Origin: Selaginella moellendorffii | Lineage: Eukaryota > Plantae > Lycopodiophyta | Length of the DNA: 64,000 bases | Direction: 5' to 3' | Assembly (NCBI RefSeq): GCF_000143415.4 | Contig: NW_003314311.1 | Location: 938,769 to 1,002,768 of the forward strand | Shown here: piece by piece, positions 24,778 through 36,400 of the stretch | Position numbering within the stretch: the stretch's first letter is position 1 | Layout of the letters: the number at the start of each line of letters is the position of its first letter | Translations under genes and position numbers: made by a program | The notes under the pieces: model-generated | Told to the model about the DNA's origin: nothing | Databases searched by the model: none | What the model saw: the letters and a program-made list of their open reading frames with translations, nothing else

Positions 24778-27700
24778 TGCTGCTCCGAGGATTGCCGCGG
24801 CTGATACCCTCTCCTTACTCCACGATTTAGCGCTCGTGTTAATAGTGCTCTACAGCACAAGGCGGCTTACTTGATGGGAATTCGTTCTGCAACTACACAT
24901 TCTCAAGCCTTGATGCCTTAAAAAAAATGGCTTGCTAAATGTCCAAGCCGGGACAAGTTTCGTGGATTTCGAGTTCCAGAAAGAAAGTAAGTTTCAAAAT
25001 CTGTGGGTGACATGTTTGCAGGTTAAAACTGGAAGCTAACTTCTGGTGTATGACTTCATAAAAACTGCATATATCAATCACATTTCTCACAAGTTTGCTG
25101 AATTATACATGTGTTGCATTGGCTGTGGTAGTTCCTCGAGTTCAGGCTTGCAGAAGAGAAACATCCAACAAGTGATAGATTGAAGGGCAAACATCCAATA
25201 GTGATTTATTGAAGTTTTGTTTCAAATAAACTTTCCCACAACTGGACGAGCTTCTCAAATGGCTCAACTTTATAACTTGAGGTTGATTCCTAGGTGAGAT
25301 GGCATCCTTTGGAGGCACCTGACTTGTTAGAGGAAACTCAAAGGTACAAAAGCTAGCATGGTCCATGTGCTCATGAGCTGGTTTATATCTTGAAATTCAA
25401 TGGATCCCAAGCTGCATCCGAAAGGTGACAAGTTTGTCAGGTCCCAAAGGCTTTGTCAGCACATCTGCAAACATCTTCCCAGTCCGCAAGTAGTCAACAC
25501 ACATGATGCCAACTTCAACTTGACATAGGGAAACTGCACAAGGATGTGCTTGCTGTGCCCATAGAAAACAAGATTGCGAGTCATGGCAATGCTGCTCTGA
25601 TTATCACACCATCTGATGGTTGGACCTAGCTGCTCAGCCCCAGGGTCCTTCAATAGCTGTCTCAGCCACACAAATTCCTTGCATGCTGTGGTTAGAGTGA
25701 TATACTCAACTTCTATAGAGGAAAGTGCAATAACACTCTGTTTTCGACTTGTCCAACTAATTGCTGCCCCATAGAGCATCAGACAAAAGCCTGTGGTGGA
25801 CCTGCACCCCTTGTTCATGGCCCAGTTAGCATCAGTAAAACACTTGAGCTGGCTATTGCTGTTAGAGTAATATAAGCCTTTGTCCATAGTTCCTTTCAAG
25901 TATTGTAGGATGTGTTTAGCAGCTTTCTAGTGAGCAGTGCATGGGTGGCCACTAAATTGGCTCAAGATTAGCATATGTTAGGCCAGGTTGACAATGCTAA
26001 ATATATGAGGCAGCCAATCAAGCTTCTAAAGGGGACATTTTCGTCCAAAGGCTCCCGTGCATCTTGAGGGGAGGACAAGTTGACTGCGCCAACCAGCATA
26101 GGTGTGCGCACTGGATGGTAGTTCTCCATCCCAAACTGTTTCAAGAGCAATTCCATATAGTGCCTTTGATGCAACTTCAAGGTTTGCTCCTTCATGCATC
26201 ATTTCAGTTGGATTCCCAAAAATGTCTTGACTTCCCCGAGGTCTTTCATCTAGAAATGTTTAGCCAAAGATCCCTTTAGTACCGAGATGGCATTATCATT
26301 GCCCCTAATGATGAGGTCATTGACATATAATGCAATGACTATTATGGCATCACTATACATCCATTTGATGAACTTTCCACCTCTAAGCATTTGCTATTGC
26401 AAGGATTGTCTGCACATTAGCCATTTTAACAACTAGTGAGAAAGTTTTATTATAGTCTATACCTCATATTTGTGTGAAACCTTTTGCAACCAAGTGTGCT
26501 TTGTAGTGGGGAGCACCACCATTAGCATCATATGTCTTTTTGAAGACCCATTTATGGTCAACAAGCCTCTGGCCACATTCTATAAATGTGTTGTTCTTGA
26601 CCGAGGCATCCATTTTATTGTTGATGCCCTTTGTCCATAAGTGAGACTTTAAACCACAGCTTCATCATAGGTTGAAGGGACATTCCCATCAACAAAAATG
26701 CAAAGCTCAACTTCATCTTAGTCAAGCAAAGATATGGCATTTTTCAAGATTTTTAAGGAGGGCTTGCTTGTGCATGGATCCTCAACTACAAGTGCAAAGT
26801 ATAACATTCCTCACTGATGGTGGGAACATGGAGCATTTTGTTGCTCATCAACAGGGTCAGAGACCAAAGTTGGCTTTAGCCAAGTATCATCTAGTGGATC
26901 ATATTCGAAGGTAACAGTCCTCACATCATCAATAATTGGTGCATTCTTCTCAAAGACAGGAGGGAATATAGAACTTAGGAGATCTTTGTTGATAAAGCCA
27001 ATGGATAGTGGCTCACCTTGGCTTTGCTGGGAGAATCATCTTTAATGAAGATCACATCTATATTGATAATTGTCTTTTTGGTTGCCAAATCCTAAAGCTT
27101 GTATGCTTTACAACTGTATTCTTCATCTTGTGTATAACTAACAAAGATAAGCTTTTGACTCTTTGGATTTAGTTTCTTGCAAAGCTAGTCAGGAACATGT
27201 GTGAAGATGGCACAACCAAAAACATAGAGGTGAGATACATTTGACTTCTTCCTTGTCCACATCTTTTTAGAGGTCTTCTATAAGGAACCAACTCCCCGAT
27301 GTGTCATAAGCTAAAGGATCCCCGAAAGCATGACCAAAATGACAAAGAGTTCATCAGATGGGACCGAGTCTAAGATTGAGTCCAAAACCGATTCTAAAAC
27401 CGAGTTCGAGATAGAGTCCGGGATCGAGTCTGAGGCCGACTCAGAGACCAAGTTCGAGGCCGAGTTCGAGACCAAGTTTGAGACAGAGTCCGAGATCCGA
27501 GATCAGGTCTGAGACCGAGTCCGAGGTCGAGTCCGAAGTTGAGTCCGAGATTGGGTCCGAGATTGGGTCCAAGATCGAGTCTGAGACCAAGTCCGAAGTC
27601 AGATCCGAGATCGAGTCTGAGACCGAGTCCGAGTACTAATACAGGTCATGGGGTGAAAGCCCAAAGTGTGCATCTCCTGGGGGGGGGGGGCGGCTGCAGG

Positions 27701-28574
27701 GGGTTCCAAAAGTATAGTAGGGATAGTGAGAGTGAGGTCCAGGAACCAGTCTTGAAGGAACTCTCTAGTGGTGCTTCCAAACTGACTTGAGGTTGAGACT
27801 GGGGCCGAAGGGCCTTGGGTGGGAGCAAGCATGGACTTGGGTGGTGCCAAAGGGGCCACCCAAGGAAGTGCTCAAGAGCAACTCCCACTCCTGAAAGGGA
27901 AATCGACTACAGTGCTCCCGGCTCATGTGGAGTGGTGCCCCACTTGAGTACCTTGTGGCTCATTGGTCCTCGCCCTTCCTAAGGGCTTGGGCTTTCCCTT
28001 CGAGATGGAAGTTGGGGGGTAGAGGTACTTATACCGAGCCATTAGGCCACGGTGTTTCGCACTGGTATCCCAAAGCAAATGTTGCACCCAAGGCTTGGGA
28101 TTTAGAGGGTCCTATGATCAAGTCTTATTGTACCAAGGGATGTTAAGAACCTGGAGGCTTGGTGTGTTTGGCTGCTTGTGACTGCAGGGAGTGTAGCCGA
28201 ACCTTAAGTCTAGTCTAACCTGGGGAGTGGGATTGGGAGAGATTTAGGGATCCGTGGAAGGACGGCTAACGCTCCATTGCTCGTGCAGTGAGTAACTGAA
28301 ACCAAATAGGACCAAGTAGGAGCTGGTACAATAGATGGGAACCTTGGTATGGGAACTTAGCAAAAGCCAAAGCAGTGTTGGTCGGATAGACAAGGTAAGC
28401 TGGCAAATTGGACAGGAAAAATTTGTGGCTTACAATTTGGTATTAGAGCCTTTTCCTAAGTTCTAGCAAAGGATAGAGGCGGATTGCTGGGAGATGGCAA
28501 AAACAAGGCATAAATGAACCAAGGCGGAGACGGAACCTCCTCTAGAGCTGGAGCCTCCGATCGAACAAGAGGCT

Positions 28575-29700
28575 ATGGATGAGGAATCCTTGCATGAGGA
28601 GGACTCCAGTGAGGAAACTTCCAAACAAGAGTCCGGTGGTCAGGTTCGGTCATCCAAGGCTCGATTGGACGTTCTAGAAGGACAATTGGCACAGACCAAT
28701 GCCCTGCTAGAGACTCTTGTACGCAAGCTAAAGTGTGACAAGAAGTGGAAGAAAAGGCAAAAGATTGTGGATGCTGGCAGTGCAGAAGGTATGGACCCTT
28801 TGGTAGGGATTGAGGCAAAACCAAACAAGGTTGAACAAACCAAAGTGGAATCAGTCCCTCAGGCAGTTCCCAAGTACAAACCAAAGCTCCCACCAGTCTT
28901 TAAGGGAATGAACGACTATAAGGTGGTGGAGGATTGGTTTTATGATATGGAGAACTACTTCCGAGCGTTGCGGTTATCGAGCTCGGAGAAGATCCCATGT
29001 GCAAAACCATACTTGGCAGATAATGCTAGACTTGTTCTAAACTCGTGCCTCATCGCAAGACTTGCAAAGGGCAAGTCTTGGTGGAGAACAACAGAGGCTA
29101 ATGAAGTACCGGTGGCCACTTGGGAAATGATGAAAGCAAGGATTCATGTGACTTACGTTCCTTCGAATACTACTCTGCATCTAAGAGACAAGCTGAGTAG
29201 GCTAAAACAGACCGGAACCATTCAGGAGTATGTGAATGGTTTTATGGCAAAGAGGATACTTGTCACGGACATGGGGGATATGGATGCATTCCATGCCTTC
29301 ATATCAGGCTTGCAAACCTAGGCTTGTGGTGAGGTGATGCGTTAGAACCTGACCAACTACAAGGAAGTGTTGGATGTGGCCATCAAAGTGCATTTCAACA
29401 ATAACTTGCGAAAGGGGAACACAACGGGGTCGGGATCCACATTTAACAAAGGGGCTAAACCAAGGGGAACATATAGCAAAGGGAAATTCAAGAAGAGTTT
29501 CTCTAAGAATGAGTCATCGGGGTTTCGAAAAGGCAAATTTGGTGGCCAGCGAGCAAGTACATAAGGGAATCAAGCAAAAAGAGACAAACCCACAAATAAA
29601 AAGGTTAAATCAGTTAGTAGTGTGGGAAACAACATATGCTACAACTGTAGTGAAGCATGAAGTGGGACACTTTTCGAGGGAATGTCCCTACCTGAAGAAG
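28575..29700 (+). pseudogene. Chromovirus gag (capsid plus decayed zinc knuckle)
   Basis: LRDKLSRLKQTGTIQEYVNGF and GHFSRECP, with stops and frameshifts. Confidence 0.85.
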
Positions 29701-29819
29701 GCCAAAGCCAATATAGCCATTAAATCGGGTGAAATTCAAATTGAGGTATGTGATCTAGTCCCTAGCTCAAAGTTGCTTATTACACGAGCAATTTTGGTAA
29801 AGAGTTGTTCACGACATTT

Positions 29820-32800
29820 ACTAGCCCTCCAAGGGAAGCTCAGAGGTAACTTTGTTAAAATCTTTATTGACATGGGTGCTTCGGATAATTTTGTAGTCCA
29901 GCAAGCCAGACTAATGGTGTAGCGGCTGGGCGAACCAAGGACTATAAATTTTGTTCAAGGTAGCCAAAGCACCGATGAGGTACTTCGACAAGCAAAAGTC
30001 GAAGTAGGGACATGGAAAGTAGACATGAATTTCACCGTGTTAGACATAGCAGGATTTGATGTGATCTTTGGGATGGATTGGGTCAATTGGTTCGTGGTAG
30101 CCCTACATGGACAAGATAGAAACCTTGTGGTACTAGCAAATGCCCAAGGAAAAAGATCCGGGGTGAAGGCCCAGGATCTAAAGGTAGGGCAATGCAAGGC
30201 CAAAGATTCCTACTTAAACCTGGTGTCCATGAGAGGACAACTCACTAAAGGGACCAAGGCAGCATTTTTGTGCTTACTCTCGATGAAGAGTGGCAAAAAG
30301 ACGGGAACAAAAGAAGTATCTTTAGTGATCCAGCGGGTGTTAGACTAATTCCAGGATACCATGCCGAAGGAGCTACCAACGGGGTTGCCCCCCGCACGAC
30401 CAATAGAACATAAGATTGAGTTGGTCGAGGGTGCTGAGGCGGTGGTTTGTCCCCCCTATCGTTTGAACAAAAAAGAACTCGAGGAGCTCAAGCGCCAACT
30501 AAGGAGTTGGTGGACAAAGGGTATGTTAGGTTGAGCAAGTCGCCGTATAGGGCGTCGGTGTTATTTGTGAAAAAGAAAGATGGATCTATGGGCATGTGCA
30601 TAGACTACCGGTTGCTCAACAAGTATACAAAGAAGAACAAGTACCTTTTGCCAAGGATTGAGGACCTGTTTGATAGGTTGGAAAAGGCAAAATACTTCTC
30701 GAGGATTGACCTAACATCAGGATACTACCAGATCAGGGTAGCAGAGGAAGATGTCGAGAAGACAATCTACCGAACAAGGTATGGGAGCTTTGAGTTTTTG
30801 GAAGGAGAACAAGAAGAAGAAGAAAGAGGCTGAAGCAGCTAAACAAACTAAGCCTAAGCAACCGGACTCCTCTTAGAGTTCTGAGGACGATGAAGTTTTG
30901 CAGCTGCCCCCGGTTGCACAAGTTTCAAAGTTCAAGGCCCTTCGGGCTATGCAATGCACCGGCAATATTTTCAGCGTTGATGAACCACATCTTTGTACCC
31001 AATTTGGATCACTTTGTGGTCATCTATATTGACAATATCCTTATCTATAGCGAAACACTAGAGGAGCATGCCGAACACTTGACAAAGGTGTTTGAGAAAC
31101 TAAGGGAACACCAGCTATATACTAAAGAGAGCAAATATGACTTTGCTCAACAAGAGGTAAAATTTCTCGGGCATGTGGTGGGCAAGGACGGGCTCAAAGT
31201 GGACCCTAAAAAGGTCCAAGTGATCCAAGATTAGGAGCAAATATTGAATGTACATGAGTTAAGAGCATTCTTGGGGCTATGCAACTACTACCGAAAGTTT
31301 ATCAAACACTATTCGAAAGTAGCCCTACCTTTAACGGACCAAACGGGAAAAGGGAAGATGGTATGGACAGTAAAATGTGAGGTGGCATTTGTCCACCTCA
31401 AAGGGAAGTTGAGGAAGGCTCCCGTGTTGAAGTTACCAAACTTTAGTAAGGACTTTGAGGTAGAAATGGATGCTTCAGACTTTGCATTGGGTACAATTTT
31501 GAAGCAAAACAACCACCCAGTAACGTTCTTCTCAAAGAAGTTGGACAAGGCTCAACAGAAGTGGCCTGCCCACGAGAAGGATTTGTTTGCGGTGGTCAAG
31601 ACGCTTAAGGAGTGGCGACACTGCCTTGGGAGACACTTCAAAGTTTACATAGACAATGTGGCAATGAAACACTTCTTGTCACAGCCCGACCTGAGAGGGA
31701 AACAAGGTCGGTAGGCCAATGCTTTGGCCGAGTTTGATTGCGAGATTCTATACAAGCTTGGGAAGAGTAACATTGTGGTGGATGCACTAAGTCGAAAAGC
31801 GAGCTTGAAGTTGGTGATATTCAACGCGACAGCAACATTTTGGGATGATGTGCGTACAGCATATGAGAATGATGGTCTAGCACAAGAAGTGTTGCTAAGG
31901 AATCTAGAGGCACAGGAAGCTCACCAGAGAAGTGAGCTGCCAACGGAAGAAAAAATAGGCTATGCGAAACGTAATGGACTCATTTATTACAAGCAAACGA
32001 GGGTGTATGTTCCAGAAGGGGAACTAAGGAAGGTAGCCTTAGAAGAGTGTCATGATGGATCTCTTGTAGGACACGGCAGAGTGCCCAAGACGATGGGCTT
32101 ACTCAAAAGGAAATACCATTGGCCAGATATGGCTAAGGACGTTCAAGACTATATAAAGACATGTTCAACATGTCAGCAGGTCAAAGCCATGACTAAGGCT
32201 AATGGGGGTTTGTTACAAAGCATCCCAATTCTAGATCGTCCATGGAAATGTCTTACGATGGACTTCATCACGGGACTCCCCCCAAGTGAGGGGTTTGATG
32301 TAATATTCGTGGTGGTGGACCGATTTTCGAAGATGGTACATTTCATACCCACCATAACGGAAGTGGATGCGGAAGGTGTGGTGAAGATGTTTTTTGAACA
32401 AGTGGTTCGAGTGTGGGGAAGGCTAAAGGAGATCATCTCAGATCAAGATAAGATCTTCACCAGCAGGTTTTGGAGAACTCTCCTGGAACAGTATCGCACC
32501 AAGTTGAAATTCAGCACAACCTATCACCCACAGACAGGTATTGAGTATTAAGTCAAGTTGGATGGCACTAACACTTCTTGACAAATGGACAAACGGAAAG
32601 GGTTAATAGGCAGTTGGAGGATTATTTGTGATGCTATGTCTCCGGAGACCAGATTGATTGGGTAAGTCATCTGGGACTTGTGAAAATGTGCTATAACAAC
32701 TCACCACACTCAAGTATCAGGGTGAGTCCATGGGAAATTATCAATGGGTGAGCTGTTAAAGGTCCTGTGGAACTTGGTGTGGCGGAGTATCATGGAAAGT

Positions 32801-33434
32801 TACCTGCGGTGGAGGCATTCACGGCGGAAAGACTCAACATTTGGAATTTAGTGAGGGATTCCTTGGAATGGGCTCAACAAAGGCAAACCAAGTATGTGAA
32901 TCAGAAACGTCGGGACGTAGAACTCCAACCTGGGAGAAGGTGTGGCTGAACACCAAGAACCTAAGGCTACCAAGTGGGATCAGCCAGAAGTTGACCCAAA
33001 GGTAAGATGCATGTATTCATGGAAGTGAACTGATCTTGAGTTCCTTAAGCAGGTTCGCAAGGCCTTACAAGATTGAGGCATGAATCGGTAAAGTGGCTTA
33101 CCGCCTCTGACTTCCTCGAGAGATGGAAAAGATGCACCTAATGTTCCATGTGAACCTACTCAAACCGTGTTTTGAGGATCCCCTTCGCAAGGACCAAGTG
33201 AGACTTTTACTTAAGGTTATCCAAGGGGAAGAGGAATATGAAGTGGAGGTCATCCTCAATGTGTGCAAGAGCAAGCGACAAGGACACGAGGTGAGAGAGT
33301 TCCATGTGAAGTGGAAAGGATTTCCACACTACGAAGCAACATGGGAACTAGAGGAGAACCTAGTGACCGCGCAAAATCTAGTGGAGGAATTTCTGCAAGG
33401 CAGAACCCTATGTACTTATGCAACGTTCAATTAA
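29820..33434 (+). pseudogene. Chromovirus pol (protease, RT, RNase H, integrase, chromodomain)
   Basis: [39 protein letters not shown](D)GQTERVN and YEVEVIL...VKWKGF..EATWE. Confidence 0.9.
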
Positions 33435-36400
33435 AAGCATCCATTTGTGAAGTTGAGCAATGGCATATGTTGGGACCCGAAGGCGTAAGCTAATTAACAT
33501 GGGTTAGCTAGGTCGACCAAGTGTAAAGAACTACACACGACTCCCCATGGGGATGTTGAATCCATAGACGTATTCTATGGAGGTTGGGTTCGAGTCCCAA
33601 CCCCCTAGTAAAGCAAAGCTAAGTCCCAACCCCATACTAGGGCGTGGTGGGGTGAGGGGTATAGGGACACCTATATTTCGTTGTCATAGGCTCTTGGCCA
33701 GGGAGGCTAATTTAGGCACATCGCTAAGTGGGGGGATGCCCCCGGAGACATGGTCAACAAGTCGTAGAATAAAAAGAGACGTTTGATGAGGGCATTGAAC
33801 TTCTTCTATGGGTGGTGGAGTTGTAAGGAACCAACTCCCCGAGGTGTCATAGGCTAAAGGATCTCTAAAAGCATGATTGAAATGACAAAGAGTTCATCGG
33901 ATGGGACCGAGTCTAAGATCGAGTCTAAAACTGACTCTAAGACCGAGTTCAAGATAGAGTCTGGGATCGAGTTCGAGGCCAACTCGGAGACCGAGTTCGA
34001 GGCCGAGTTTGAGATGGAGTTCGAGACAGAGTCCGAGATCAGGTCTGAGATTGGGTCCGAGATCGGGTCCGAGACCGAGTCCGAGGTCGAGTCTGAAGTC
34101 AGGTCCAAGATCAAGTCCGAGATTGAGTCTAAGACCAAGTCCGAAGTCGGGTCCGAGATCTAGTCCGAGAACGAGTCTGAGATCGAGTTTGAGTACTAAT
34201 ACAGGTTAAGGGGTGAAAGCCCAAAGCATGCGTCTCCCAGGGGGTTCCAAAAGTATAGTAGGGATAATAAGGTCTAGGAACCAGTCTTGAAGGAACTCTC
34301 CAGTGGTGCTTCCAAACTGACTTGAGGTTGAGACTGGGGCCGAGGGGCCTTGGGTGGGAGAGAGCATGGACTTAGGTGGTGCCAGAGGAGCCACCCAAGG
34401 AAGTGCTCAAGAGCAACTCCCACTCCCAAAAAGGAAACTGACTGTGGTGCTCCTGGCTCATGTGGAGTGGTGCCCCATTTGAGTACCTTGTGGCTCATTG
34501 GTCCTCGCCCTTCCTAGGGGCTTGGGCCTTCCCTTCGGGATGGAAGTCAGGAGGTAGAGGTACCTATACTGGGTCATTAGGCCACGGTGTTTTGCCTCGG
34601 CGTCCCGAAGCAAGTGTTGCACCCAAGGTTTGGGATTTATAGGGTCCTATGATCAAGTCTTGTTGTACCAAGGGATGTTAAGAACCTGGAGGTTTGGTGT
34701 GCTTGGCTGCTTGTGCCTGTGGGGAGTGTAGCCGAACCTTTAGTCTAGTCTAACCCGGGGAGGGGGATTGGGAGAGATTTAGGGATCCGTGGAAGGATGG
34801 CTAATGCTCCGTTGCTCGTGCAGTGAGTAGCTGAAACCAAATAGGACCAAGTAGGAGCTGATACCTTGGCGTGGGAACTTAGCAAAAGCCAAGGCAATGT
34901 TAGTCAGATAGACGAGGTAAGCTAGTGAATTGGACGGGAAAAATTTATAGCTTATATCTTCCCACTCAAGGCAATTGTTGGCAACCAATTTTAGTTATAT
35001 GATATTATGGCAATGGCTTCTTGCCAGAAGCTTTTATCTGACTTGGCTCCCACCAAGAGGCTATGGGTAGCATTCAGAAGTGTGTGGTTCTTGTGCTCAA
35101 CATGAGAAGTGTAACAAGTGGTAACTTGGTGGGAAATTCTAATAGTAAAACAAATATGTTGAAAAACATTATTGAAGTGTTCTTTGACTCCATCAATTTA
35201 TATAGCCTTTAGTCTGCTTTCAAGCTTTGTCTCAATATGGGATTTATAAAATTTAAAAGCTTCAGCAGCTTCACTCTTGTCTTGAAAGAAAAAGATGCAC
35301 ATCTTCTTGCTGTAATCATCAACAAACGTGATGAAGTGTCTTGCTCCAAAATGGCTTGGGATCTCCATTGGTCCACATAAATCAGAATGGATAAGCACAA
35401 GTGGTAATTTCTATAATGGTGCTTTTCAAGCATACATTGACTCATAAAAAAGGCATCAACAAACTCCCCTTTCAAATCAAGTCCTGTGACCATGCCTTTT
35501 ATATATATTTTCTACATAGCTCTATAGTTGGCATGCCTAAAGTGGCAATGTTATAAAAAGGCATTATTGTTTTTTGCTCTAGTCAAAGGAAGATGCTCAA
35601 TATTTACCACATACTATCTTCCAAAAGAAATCTTGTATAAGTTTCCTTGATGCTCCCCATGCAAAAGCTTCGTTCCAGAGGCAATCACAAGCCCAATGAC
35701 CATGCTCCCAACACAGTTTGAATTGGTCACAATCAATGCATCTAGATTCACCTACAACTTGAATGATTACTCCCTCATAAGCTCTTAGCAGCTCCACAAC
35801 CTTGAAAGCCTTCAATTGCTCCATCTCAAGAGTTTTCCTCATCTCACCCAGCATATCTATTATAACTGCTTTCAGTTCTTGGCATGTCTCCTAATTACAC
35901 ATTGCAACCATGCTCAGCACGTGATATGTTTGCCACATTTAGTTAGTTGCATTTTGCATATATAGCTTGATGAACCTCATGGCTTTGTGCTCTCTCCTTA
36001 CATAGCAACAAGGTGTTTATCAATCTGGTGACTGCATTATTGAAGGTGAGATTTAGCTCCCTCATCAACTCTTCTACACACCCTTCTTATTCTTGTGGCA
36101 AAGCTTTATAGAGCCTTACTTTCTACATTGATTCAGGAACCTTATACTCCTTACCTTTTGTAGCCAAATTCGCAAATAGTCAACTTAAACACTCAATGTG
36201 TTTAACATATCACCCTTGTCCTAGAAAACATATGCATCTAGAAATGAATGGATCCTCATGACCTCCATATCACTCTTCTTGCTGTAGGTGTGATTTAGCC
36301 ATTTCCAGACATGGGCTCCTCCTTTTTCCATATCCAGATCCTATGACTCAAGTAGGCAGCCAACAGCCCATTGATTCTTGGTCCTCTAGTCCCTCAAACT

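Larger units (their letters stand above)
27279..34956 (+). mobile_element. Full-length degenerate Ty3/gypsy chromovirus
   Basis: LTRs 27279-28434 and 33822-34956; TSD TCTTC; PBS TGGTATTAGAGC 28438-28449; PPT TGGGTGGTGGAGT 33809-33821; gag-PR-RT-RH-INT-chromodomain order. Confidence 0.95.

Noticed and set aside
27279-34956. TA...TA outer termini as a non-canonical LTR type
   Set aside because: The inner termini are TG/CA, so the outer ones are best explained by ordinary C>T and G>A decay.
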